Assembly (NCBI GenBank): GCA_965203875.1
Contig: OZ241914.1
Coordinates: forward strand, 461,209-525,208
DNA from: Bdellovibrionales bacterium
Lineage (GTDB): Bacteria > Bdellovibrionota > Bdellovibrionia > Bdellovibrionales > JAUICD01
DNA length: 64,000 nt
Direction of reading: 5' to 3'
A program made the translations under genes and the position numbers. The notes under the pieces were generated by a model. That model saw only the letters and a program-made list of their open reading frames with translations, did not search any database and was not told the origin of the DNA. Positions 10,353 through 18,864 of this stretch are shown here, piece by piece; the stretch's first letter is position 1, and every line of letters starts with the position of its first letter.

Positions 10353-10392
10353 GCCCGAAACCCACTGAAAATTCAGGGGGTTTCGGGCCGAA
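10353..10392 (+). terminator. Hairpin immediately after the last repeat (candidate array terminator)
   Basis: GCCCGAAACCC-(loop)-GGGTTTCGGGC followed by CGAATTTT. The T-run is short, so efficiency is uncertain. Confidence 0.45.
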
Positions 10393-10562
10393 TTTTGCAT
10401 AAAAAGTGTGCTAAAATGCGACACTTGAGCTTGATTTTTTTTATTTTTTTCTTTATTTGAGCTTACCATTTTCATTAAACAACTACCCTACTTTCAGACT
10501 CAAGAAGTGTACCAATTTATTACAGGTAAGGAAATAAATTTTTCTCGTAGTAACTAGTAAAT

Positions 10563-10895
10563 TTAGAAAAATGACATTTGATTTTTTGACTTCTGTTTTT
10601 TTCTTCTATTGTTATTAAAGCTGATGATATTTTTAAACTGTTTGTCGGTTATAGACAATATATCGACCTGCCCACCTCTAGGTATAATAGCTCTCACCTG
10701 ATTTGCTAAACTTATTACCTTGTCTTTACCCATACAATGCCTGGCGTAGACAGAAAGTTGTACCATATCGAATGACTTATCTATCAGGGCTTTTCTAAAA
10801 TCAGAAGCTACTTTTCGCTCCTTCTTGGAATTGGTAGGTAAATCAAACATTACATATATCCACATAATTTTATAAGCACTTAATGTACGGTCCAT
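10563..10895 (-). CDS. cas2: CRISPR-associated endoribonuclease Cas2
   Basis: YVMFDLPTNSKKERKVASDFRKALIDKSFDMVQLSVYARHC. The start abuts the cas1 stop. Confidence 0.9.
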   Translation of the reverse strand: MDRTLSAYKIMWIYVMFDLPTNSKKERKVASDFRKALIDKSFDMVQLSVYARHCMGKDKVISLANQVRAIIPRGGQVDILSITDKQFKNIISFNNNRRKKQKSKNQMSFF

Positions 10896-11816
10896 TTACT
10901 TTACAATACCATCTATATCTTCTTTAGCCGGCATAGGAGGTATAAAAAGTGTTTCCTTAGAACCTGAAAAAATATTGGCAAGCGAAGAGGTCATTCTAAA
11001 CATTGCCGTTGATAGTGGCCCACTTCCCTGCTCCCCTTCGACTTCAACAATGGAGATTTTGGCCAAAACTACTTTAATCTCTTCGCTTAATTCTATGTCG
11101 TCTTTTTTATTACATATTAGCCAGACCAAATAATCTACAATGGGTCTAAACGGCTCCATTAAATCATCCACCAAACACATTCCATTAGTGGGGCCTTTGT
11201 GATGTACACCTAATGTTGTGTGTAGCCCTGTGCCCACAACTGCTCTGGCAACACAGGCTCTTAGAATGGTGTAACCATAATTAAGCAAAGTGTTTAAGCC
11301 GTACAAGTTGCGATTTCTTTTAAAATCTTTTCCAAATAAACCGGTCCAGTAAATTCTAGCGGCTACACTTTCTCTGTTACTGCTATCACCAGACTTTACC
11401 TCTTTAGATAAGCTCAATAATCTATTTAAACATTTTAGTTTCAGCCATTTAGCCACACATGCTTGGTTAGAAATTTTGGCCTGGATTATTTGTTTCCAAA
11501 GTTTTTTCTTAGTAGGCACACTGGCATTTGCTTGTGCTATCATCCTTTTAGATTGTTCTGATATTCCCTGTACAGGTACAAGGTAAGAAAACGGTAGTTG
11601 GTTGTTTTCACAAAACGCAACCGAGATGTTTAGTTTTGCAAAACGATTAAGACATGGGACGCTTATTGTGTGACCGTGCCCGCAGACTACTACCCCTAAT
11701 AGGTCATCCAGGCCAGTGCTACCAACCAGATCGTCTTTTTCAAAAACTTGCAAAAACCCACGGTTGATACATATGTACTTACCAGTACCGTTTATATCAA
11801 CTATTCGCCATTGCAC
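10896..11816 (-). CDS. cas1: CRISPR-associated endonuclease Cas1 (type II)
   Basis: LNYGYTILRA...GVHHKGPTNGMCLVDDLMEPFRPIVD. It overlaps the cas9 3' end by 20 nt. Confidence 0.92.
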   Translation of the reverse strand: MQWRIVDINGTGKYICINRGFLQVFEKDDLVGSTGLDDLLGVVVCGHGHTISVPCLNRFAKLNISVAFCENNQLPFSYLVPVQGISEQSKRMIAQANASVPTKKKLWKQIIQAKISNQACVAKWLKLKCLNRLLSLSKEVKSGDSSNRESVAARIYWTGLFGKDFKRNRNLYGLNTLLNYGYTILRACVARAVVGTGLHTTLGVHHKGPTNGMCLVDDLMEPFRPIVDYLVWLICNKKDDIELSEEIKVVLAKISIVEVEGEQGSGPLSTAMFRMTSSLANIFSGSKETLFIPPMPAKEDIDGIVK

Positions 11817-14800
11817 TATGAAACTCTTCTGATGAATCGTTATTTTCGTAAGCCTTACTATAAAAACCCGCTGGCGAAATGTGAATTTTCTTAAATTGTT
11901 TTTCCTTTAGCAGCTTCATACTGCCAAGAGTGTTACCCTTTTGGTTAGCTTCTTTGACGTCAGATGAATGGTGCCTAACACGACATATTCTGCCAATACT
12001 GTCAATCTTTTGCACTTTATATATCTTGAGTTGGTCATCTTCTATTAAGCTAAAGAGATCATTTCTGTGTAGCCGTGCAACTAGCTTAGCCCCAGGATTT
12101 TTTACCTCCCATGGCAGATATTTTTTAAGCCGAGTATCTTTTGTTTCATCTTTTGGTTTTTGAGACATGTGCTGGTATATTTCAAAAGTAGATATAACAT
12201 ATTTGCCCCACGAACCATCCTCTTTTTCATAAATATCAAAGGCCCAGTTACTACCACCTATAAATCCTTTTTTTCCATCGTCTACAGGTATTACAGACTT
12301 TTCACTTTGTACACGCAGCTTTCTTACATTATTTCTTTCCTTGAATTCTTCCTCAGTACCATCTTGCCTGCTCTTTATAAGCTCTTCTCTTAATCTATCG
12401 TCAACTACTCCTTCTATCTCGTTTTTCTTATCTATAGTTGATAATTCTTGATATAGCCTAACTTTGTACTCGCCTTTCTTATTTGGGGTTTTATCTAAAA
12501 TTCCATAAGCTTTTTCTTTATGTATTTGTCCTTCATAATTCCTGGTAGGCTTGTGGCTTACGATAATTTGACCTATAGAGTTTTCTAGATCTGTTACCAA
12601 ATTCTCATATGGAGCTGGGTAATTTTTTAAAATATCCAAACCTTCTTTTTCAGCTCTTCTGGAACATATCGTAGATACCCTTTGAATTATAGATCTTTCG
12701 GTTAATGCAACAACTGTTGCATCTATTGCATGATGCCTATGATCGTCTCTTACCTTTTGACCACCAAAAATGTTACACCCCCAATGATGTCTTAAGTGTG
12801 CTGTAAGTTTGCCGGTTACAACCCAAACATTGCTGTTGTTTTTATCATATAGACATTCTAAGTATTGTTTTGCGGCTCTAGATATGTACCTGGTATCGTT
12901 CAAATGACGTTCTAAAAACCCTCCTTCATCATCGAATCTTTCCATGGCACCTTTTTTAAATTTATTTTTTTTACCCTGATACATATTTGAATTTTCAATT
13001 CTAGTTAAAATATCACTATACTTATTATCATCACTTCCGTAAGCTTCGTAAGGAGAGCGTTTTCCTTTATATCTATTTTCTTGTGCCAAACAGAGCGTTT
13101 TGTTTGCAAAACTATCATCTAAAGTTTTGGCATATGGTAAAATATGCTCCACTTCAAACTTAGGCGAAAACAAATCACTTGCACCAATTTTTTTACCACT
13201 AAAAGGACACAATTTATCGGCTCCAAGCTCTTCCCAAAGTTTATATTTTATTCTATTGTCTCTATTTGGGGTTTGTCCTAATTTTTTTAACTCTTCATTG
13301 ATCCTTTTATTGTCTGTTTTGTTTTTATTTTGTCTAGATATATGCTCACCCTTAGATTTAGCTCCCATAGGAAGATCTCTTGCAAGCTCTATAACAATTT
13401 GTTCAGGTTTTTTAAAGCGAGATATTATGTCATTCACCACCAACCTTAATTGATTCAAGGCTATGTGTACCGTGGGGTTAGAAATTCTCTTTTCATCACA
13501 ATCGTCTTTTATATGTGCTGTGTAGTGATCCAAAATTTTTTGGTAGCAAGGAAGGGTATCGTATCGTTTGCCAACACTATTTGCGTTGGGATTATTTTTT
13601 AAAAGCTCTTGTAGAGCTTCATCATATCCTAAACCTTTTTCTAAATGAACGATCAATTCTTTTATTGCTCTATATGACAACATAGAATGACCATCTGGTA
13701 ATTTTTGCTCCAGCTCATTTACGATATAATCTACAGGAGATAGATTTTTACTTTCCACCCACTCTTTTAACTCACTGTCGTAAAGGTATCTGCGTTTGCC
13801 ATTTTCTTTTACCGTTTCATCTAGCTTTAGAATTAATTCATCTTGCTCCTCTGTGGTAAGTTCATTATCGTTCTTTTTAATTTGTTTAAATTCATTTATA
13901 AGTTCATTTCCTTTAAAACTCTTTTTGGCTCCTGGAGTATTGTAATTTATCTTTACTCTGTCCCCATCTTTTGCACATTCTTTTTTTAAAAAGTTTTCAA
14001 TACTACCAATAGTCATGGATTTTTTAGAAAATATTTTTTTAAACAACTCTTGTTTAACTTCAATAGGTATTTCTTTGTCATGACTGTTTATGGACATCCT
14101 TAGTGTGTTAATTGATTGCCATAACCTAAACTTTTGAAATGAAATTAAGGCTCTAGGTGCACGATCTTCTTTTGGATATACCGAACATTTACCAACAATG
14201 GGTGGTTTCAAATCCCTTTGCCAAAAGATAATATCAAATAATTTTTTCTGTAGTTGTTTGGTTAATGTTTCATGGCCCAACGATATTTGTTTTTCACATA
14301 TTTTGTTAAACTCATCTTTTAGCATATGTCTGTCAGTGTAAAAATCGTATAAATCTTTTGTTTTTGTGCCACGTCTTCTAGCTCTGACAGGTTCACCTTT
14401 TTGGTGCGCAGAATACAGATACTCACCAACTGTTTTGGCACCTTTCATCTTGTCCTTAAATTCATTAATTGATTGTTTTACAACACCGGCATCTTCCCCT
14501 TTGTCCGTCTTTCGATTGCTCTTAAATCCTCTTCTTTGGTTGATATGAAAAAATACTCTACCCAATTCACCGGAGGTAAGCTTTCTTTCCAACGCTTCAG
14601 CTCTTAGTTTCCAAGGGTTTAGTAATTGCAACTTCTTTCTTTCATCTTCTTGTTGCGGCATTAAATCTTCTTTGATCATAAAATTCATAAGATATTTTCT
14701 TCTTTGCAAATATCTATCCCTTTGCCTTCGACGTAGTCTGGCACCTCTTCGTTCTGAATTTTTGGTTGAATAAGTTTTAGGGTCTCTACCGTCAGAAAAT

Positions 14801-14910
14801 ATTCTGACGCCTGTTTTTATAATATCTACAGGTTTTTCTTCTTTATCTAACTTGATCAAACTCCAACCTATGGAGTTGGTGCCAATGTCCAATCCAAGTC
14901 TGGTCTTCAT
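11797..14910 (-). CDS. cas9: Cas9, type II-C, 1037 aa
   Basis: RuvC-I GLDIGTNSIGWSLI, Arg-rich bridge helix RGARLRRRQRDRYLQRRKYL, RuvC-II IVIELARDL, HNH EVEHILPYAKTLDDSFANKTLCLAQENRYKGKRSP and RuvC-III RHHAIDATVVAL. There is no csn2 or cas4 in the locus. Confidence 0.95.
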   Translation of the reverse strand: MKTRLGLDIGTNSIGWSLIKLDKEEKPVDIIKTGVRIFSDGRDPKTYSTKNSERRGARLRRRQRDRYLQRRKYLMNFMIKEDLMPQQEDERKKLQLLNPWKLRAEALERKLTSGELGRVFFHINQRRGFKSNRKTDKGEDAGVVKQSINEFKDKMKGAKTVGEYLYSAHQKGEPVRARRRGTKTKDLYDFYTDRHMLKDEFNKICEKQISLGHETLTKQLQKKLFDIIFWQRDLKPPIVGKCSVYPKEDRAPRALISFQKFRLWQSINTLRMSINSHDKEIPIEVKQELFKKIFSKKSMTIGSIENFLKKECAKDGDRVKINYNTPGAKKSFKGNELINEFKQIKKNDNELTTEEQDELILKLDETVKENGKRRYLYDSELKEWVESKNLSPVDYIVNELEQKLPDGHSMLSYRAIKELIVHLEKGLGYDEALQELLKNNPNANSVGKRYDTLPCYQKILDHYTAHIKDDCDEKRISNPTVHIALNQLRLVVNDIISRFKKPEQIVIELARDLPMGAKSKGEHISRQNKNKTDNKRINEELKKLGQTPNRDNRIKYKLWEELGADKLCPFSGKKIGASDLFSPKFEVEHILPYAKTLDDSFANKTLCLAQENRYKGKRSPYEAYGSDDNKYSDILTRIENSNMYQGKKNKFKKGAMERFDDEGGFLERHLNDTRYISRAAKQYLECLYDKNNSNVWVVTGKLTAHLRHHWGCNIFGGQKVRDDHRHHAIDATVVALTERSIIQRVSTICSRRAEKEGLDILKNYPAPYENLVTDLENSIGQIIVSHKPTRNYEGQIHKEKAYGILDKTPNKKGEYKVRLYQELSTIDKKNEIEGVVDDRLREELIKSRQDGTEEEFKERNNVRKLRVQSEKSVIPVDDGKKGFIGGSNWAFDIYEKEDGSWGKYVISTFEIYQHMSQKPKDETKDTRLKKYLPWEVKNPGAKLVARLHRNDLFSLIEDDQLKIYKVQKIDSIGRICRVRHHSSDVKEANQKGNTLGSMKLLKEKQFKKIHISPAGFYSKAYENNDSSEEFHSAMANS

Positions 14911-14978
14911 ATAATTTCCCCTTTTGAGACACTGCTCGTTTTTTTTATGATAGTTTTGGAATGAATTGATTATAACGG

Positions 14979-15007
14979 TTGATCAAAAATAAGTCCAATG
15001 ATAGCAT
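14979..15007 (+). promoter_or_regulatory. Candidate tracrRNA promoter TTGATC-N17-TAGCAT
   Basis: -35-like 14979..14984 and -10-like 15002..15007 with 17-nt spacing, about 24 nt upstream of the anti-repeat. Confidence 0.4.
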
Positions 15008-15013
15008 TAATGA

Positions 15014-15115
15014 CAGCATTATTGGGTATCATTCTGATACATCAGGGAATGAGCGGTTATCGGTAATAAGCGATTTAATCGCAACACTCGAGGGCCTTGT
15101 GCCCTCGCTTTTTTT
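15014..15115 (+). ncRNA. tracrRNA (5' end approximate)
   Basis: The anti-repeat at 15031..15066 (ATTCTGATACATCAGGGAATGAGCGGTTATCGGTAA) is the reverse complement of the repeat at 28/36 positions. Six of the 8 differences give G:U wobbles on this strand only. It is followed by hairpin GCGAT-TTA-ATCGC (15070..15082) and terminator CGAGGGC-CTTGT-GCCCTCG plus T7 (15089..15115). Confidence 0.85.
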
Positions 15116-15129
15116 AAACTTTTTGAAAA

Positions 15130-15468
15130 CTATCTTTTGAAGTTTTTCTTCTTAGAGGTATAGATCGACATTACAAACGAACATACATTTAATACAATAA
15201 GACATCTTATTAAATTTTTAAGTAAAACTACCACAAGCCCAAGATGAGAAGACACTTTAAGACCACTTTGTGTATCATATCTATAATCTATCCCTGAGTA
15301 TATAAGCCAAAGCAAAATTAAAACTAATATCCAATCGATTAATTTTTTATGCTTTTTTCTTTTAGAAATAAACCACTTAACATTATAAACCAAGTACCCA
15401 ACAAATATCAGTACCAGCAAAATGCCTGCTATAGCTGATGGATCAAGAACTTGTTCAACGAATGACAT
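15130..15468 (-). CDS. Small integral membrane protein, hypothetical
   Basis: Three hydrophobic segments with a KRKKHKK loop. No family recognised. Confidence 0.4.
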   Translation of the reverse strand: MSFVEQVLDPSAIAGILLVLIFVGYLVYNVKWFISKRKKHKKLIDWILVLILLWLIYSGIDYRYDTQSGLKVSSHLGLVVVLLKNLIRCLIVLNVCSFVMSIYTSKKKNFKR

Positions 15469-15489
15469 TAAATTTGCTTAACCAAATAT

Positions 15490-16071
15490 TTATAGGCCAG
15501 ACACTTTATCTAATCCTAGCTCTGTTTCGATGTCTTGTTTCTTAAATTCATATTCTACTTGCTTAGAATAATTAATTAGATCCTCTGCTGCTGGTATAAA
15601 TTCCTTATCGAGCTTTTGTTGCAAAAGCTTAATCTCACCACTGATCTCTTGTTTTTTCTCCTGTTTTGCTAAATGAGCGTCTAGCAGACGATCAATAATC
15701 AAGACATGTGTACGTAATGATTTGTTAGCTAGTTCACTAGCTCTAGTTAAAAAAGATTTAATTAATAATTTCTGTCCATTACGTGGATTTACAGTTGTAC
15801 TACCCGAGCCTTTTTTGTGTTCGTTTATAAGTCTTTTTGCTGATATGGTTAAAAACTCCATGTAGCTTAACAACTGTTGATCGATATTTTCCTTAGATGT
15901 TTCATTAGAAACATGTTCTTCAGCTTTTAAAAAATCTAAGGCTTTTGATGGTTCGGTAGATTGTCCTAAAGTTCGATGAGTACCTAAAGCCGCAACACAT
16001 GGCATACTAGCCAACACCTGACTACTAACCAAAAAAACCAAAAGAAATTTAATAACGATCAAAAAGTTCAT
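15490..16071 (-). CDS. Secreted hypothetical protein
   Basis: Signal peptide MNFLIVIKFLLVFLVSSQVLA, then helical or coiled-coil-like content. Confidence 0.45.
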   Translation of the reverse strand: MNFLIVIKFLLVFLVSSQVLASMPCVAALGTHRTLGQSTEPSKALDFLKAEEHVSNETSKENIDQQLLSYMEFLTISAKRLINEHKKGSGSTTVNPRNGQKLLIKSFLTRASELANKSLRTHVLIIDRLLDAHLAKQEKKQEISGEIKLLQQKLDKEFIPAAEDLINYSKQVEYEFKKQDIETELGLDKVSGL

Positions 16072-16083
16072 CTTAAGACAACC

Positions 16084-16488
16084 TTAAAAATATTTATTCT
16101 TCTTTTCTCTTTTCTTCTGCTCTCTTTCCTTTTCAGCTTTGACAGACCTGCTTAATCTATCCTTATACTCTTCCATATGCTTATCTAAATCTGCATTACC
16201 TAAATTTACGTGCATGTACTTTACAACGTTTGAGTCTAATTTATAGATACGCTCCAATTCCTTCACAACATTATTCTCACCACTAAATGTGTAATGAAAA
16301 AATGCACCCTTAGATATGTTTTTTACAGGATTAGCTAAATCCATAACACCCCAAGTATCACAATGATTAAACTGTCCATCATGATCCTTGATAATATTTT
16401 TACTCTTTGAAAGTATCTGACGATGCTCCTGTTCGCCTAAATTCGCCTTAACAACAACAACCCCTTCGTACGAAGCCATATAAATCAC
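16084..16488 (-). CDS. rpsF: 30S ribosomal protein S6 with Lys-rich C-terminal extension
   Basis: YEGVVVV...DTWGVMDLANPVKN...VKELERIYKLDSNVVKYMHV follows the S6 pattern (YE..., DWG..LAYPI, ELE). The true start is probably the internal MASYEG. Confidence 0.7.
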   Translation of the reverse strand: MIYMASYEGVVVVKANLGEQEHRQILSKSKNIIKDHDGQFNHCDTWGVMDLANPVKNISKGAFFHYTFSGENNVVKELERIYKLDSNVVKYMHVNLGNADLDKHMEEYKDRLSRSVKAEKEREQKKREKKNKYF

Positions 16489-16717
16489 CTCTTAAACACA
16501 GCACTAATTAAACAACTGCATAAAACCTTATTAACACAGCCATTAAAATCACATTAGGTGCACGAGTACCATCAAATGCAGTATAAAACAAGCAAAGCTT
16601 TTGTAAAACATACAAGTTGAGTATTAATTTTATGGTAGATCATAAATTGTCAGTCGTTTACCTTTTATATGTAGCCTTAAATCAGGAAATAAACATCCTT
16701 ATGGGAATGCTAAAAAC

Positions 16718-16933
16718 TTACATCTGACAATCTTTACACTTAAGGCATTTTACCTTGTAATATTCAAGTCTGTTTTGATCGCATGTAGTGTTGTTATAAC
16801 TACAGTACTTGTCCAGATAACATTTGTAATACTCGCAGTCGTCGCTATAAACAGAACAGTAAGCAGATGGTTCTAATAGCTCACAGCCACTTGTTCCTAC
16901 TATCAACAATAAAATTAAGGTCATCTTTTTCAT
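16718..16933 (-). CDS. Small cysteine-rich lipoprotein (71 aa)
   Basis: Lipobox LIVGTSGC followed by 10 further Cys in about 50 aa. No homolog recognised. Confidence 0.4.
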   Translation of the reverse strand: MKKMTLILLLIVGTSGCELLEPSAYCSVYSDDCEYYKCYLDKYCSYNNTTCDQNRLEYYKVKCLKCKDCQM

Positions 16934-17094
16934 ATATACTGCCTTCTTTGCACATCTTTTGCGTACCTCAAAACAAAAGCATCATAACATATATCATATC
17001 CTGTATATAATAGTAATTTTCTTTTTTGAAGAACTTGAATATTTAAACACTAATGGGATTTTATGTTGAACGCTTAATAGTTTTAAAAAGCAAA

Positions 17095-17171
<77 letters not shown>

Positions 17172-17308
17172 AAATACAAGCTAATTAACTATATACAAAC
17201 CACAACATTTGCAAGCTAAGCCGCAACACCGTCTAGTTGAAAACTCAAAAACAATTTCATGCAAGATATAGTTTCGTAAGATAGATATAAAAAAGTAAAT
17301 TAGTTTTG

Positions 17309-18484
17309 TTACTTTCTTTCACTGGACTTGCAACACCACTGGCCATTAGGCTGCCTGCTAGAATCACATCTGGTGTGATTTTCGTCATGATTCATGTTCA
17401 GACACCCGCTATCCGCAGTGCCTTGCGAGCCGCAAGTTCCTGAGATAGGATGGCTTTGAGGACAATCATTGCCTACCTGACTTCCTGGGAATCTACTTCT
17501 ACAATAGTCAGATATCTCCCCACCAGTTCCGCACTCTGCACCTTTAGAATGTAGATATTCTCCAGTACCACCTAGGCCATCTCTGCCACTCACCATTATA
17601 TCATCCAAAGGTGTATGAGATTGTCCATCTTGCTGGTTTAAATAGGCTCCGCCTTCAACAAGCATTGTTGCAACGGACAGCACAGAGGAATGACTACTGC
17701 TTGATGCTGCCATATAATGTAAAGGAGAATCGTTGTTCTGATCCACAGCATCCGCTCTGGCACCTTGATCAAGCAAGTATCTTACAATGTCTGTATGACT
17801 ACTTCTAGAAGCTTGCATTAAAGGAGTTCTTGCATATCCATCTCTCACATCAACAGACACACCTTCTTCTATTTGTGCTATAACCACATTTAGCATTCCG
17901 TCTCTGGCTGCTGCATGTAAACATGTTTCGTTCAGACTTTTGTCAATGTTAACTCTAGCACATAAAGGTGGCGTGGTTGTCGTAGTGGTCGTCGTAATGG
18001 CAGGACAAGAATTTTCAAAGCTAATAATTTCAACATCACTTTTTTTAGTTTGGCCGTCCTGAGATGTAATTTCAATATACATTTCTAGCTCATAGCTTTC
18101 AGACTCTAATCCAGCAAAATTAATACCCATACTTGTATCATCTATATTTAAGGTACCAACATCGCTAGCATTATCCAAGCTGAGTGCAATACATATGTCA
18201 TACCTTTCGTCTTGCACAGGGATTACTCTTTTACAGTAAGGAACAAAGGAATCACCAGATTCTATCTCGTTCATCAATCTAGAATCTCCTATATGAAAAT
18301 TCTCAAAACCTATTGTAACGCTGTTGCTGCTATCATTACAGTTAGTATTAACAGTGGGGTCTGGAATAATGGAGGTTAAACCAATGTCTGTTGAACAGTT
18401 TTGATATGCTACCAAAGCCGCTGCCACCGCCAGGAATATAAAAGCTACGTATATTTTCCTGGAAAATCTTGATCTTTTTGACAT
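17309..18484 (-). CDS. Ankyrin-repeat lipoprotein with poly-Thr linker and Cys-rich C-terminus
   Basis: I prefer the internal start MSKRSRF...VAYQNC (signal/lipobox) over the 18568 start. ANK repeats include GMLNVVIAQIEEGVSVDVRDGYARTPLMQASRSSHTDIVRYLLDQGA. A T8PP linker is present. Confidence 0.7.
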   Translation of the reverse strand: MSKRSRFSRKIYVAFIFLAVAAALVAYQNCSTDIGLTSIIPDPTVNTNCNDSSNSVTIGFENFHIGDSRLMNEIESGDSFVPYCKRVIPVQDERYDICIALSLDNASDVGTLNIDDTSMGINFAGLESESYELEMYIEITSQDGQTKKSDVEIISFENSCPAITTTTTTTTPPLCARVNIDKSLNETCLHAAARDGMLNVVIAQIEEGVSVDVRDGYARTPLMQASRSSHTDIVRYLLDQGARADAVDQNNDSPLHYMAASSSSHSSVLSVATMLVEGGAYLNQQDGQSHTPLDDIMVSGRDGLGGTGEYLHSKGAECGTGGEISDYCRSRFPGSQVGNDCPQSHPISGTCGSQGTADSGCLNMNHDENHTRCDSSRQPNGQWCCKSSERK

Positions 18485-18864
18485 GCAAAACCCCCTATGT
18501 CCAATAAGTTTAGATCGGAGATTCTCTATTATAACTTGATTTGATGCCCTGCAACCGCCCGATTTCACTACCTCTGTAAAAAGTTTTCATCAAACTTCCA
18601 CACACCTTTTGCATACGAAACACACGTCTAATGTAATAATAACAGTAGGTACATTGCCTACATGCTTATACTGGCCTAACATACTAATATTACTGGTATA
18701 TAGTTGAAATAATGACCCCCTTAAAACACACTAAATTAATGCTTGGCATTAATTTTTATATTTAATGGTTTACAACTTACATTTTTGACTCATAACATAC
18801 GGGCTTATATGGGGCTTTGGGTTTTTGCTCTGGCCTGTGTGTTTAATGTTTAAGGAGATATTTT

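Noticed and set aside
10353-10388. Hairpin after the array considered as a second anti-repeat or alternative tracrRNA
   Set aside because: It has no complementarity to the repeat, so it is interpreted only as a possible terminator.
11930-14548. Plus-strand ORFs inside cas9 (11930..12163, 12160..12393, 13100..13453, 14366..14548)
   Set aside because: They are antisense to a well-supported long gene, have low-complexity Leu/Ser/Phe-rich translations typical of AT-rich antisense frames, and lack an RBS.
17172-18600. tRNA-Pro as an integration hotspot with an adjacent island
   Set aside because: There is no integrase, no direct repeat of the tRNA 3' end and no phage genes nearby. The neighbouring ankyrin gene alone is insufficient.
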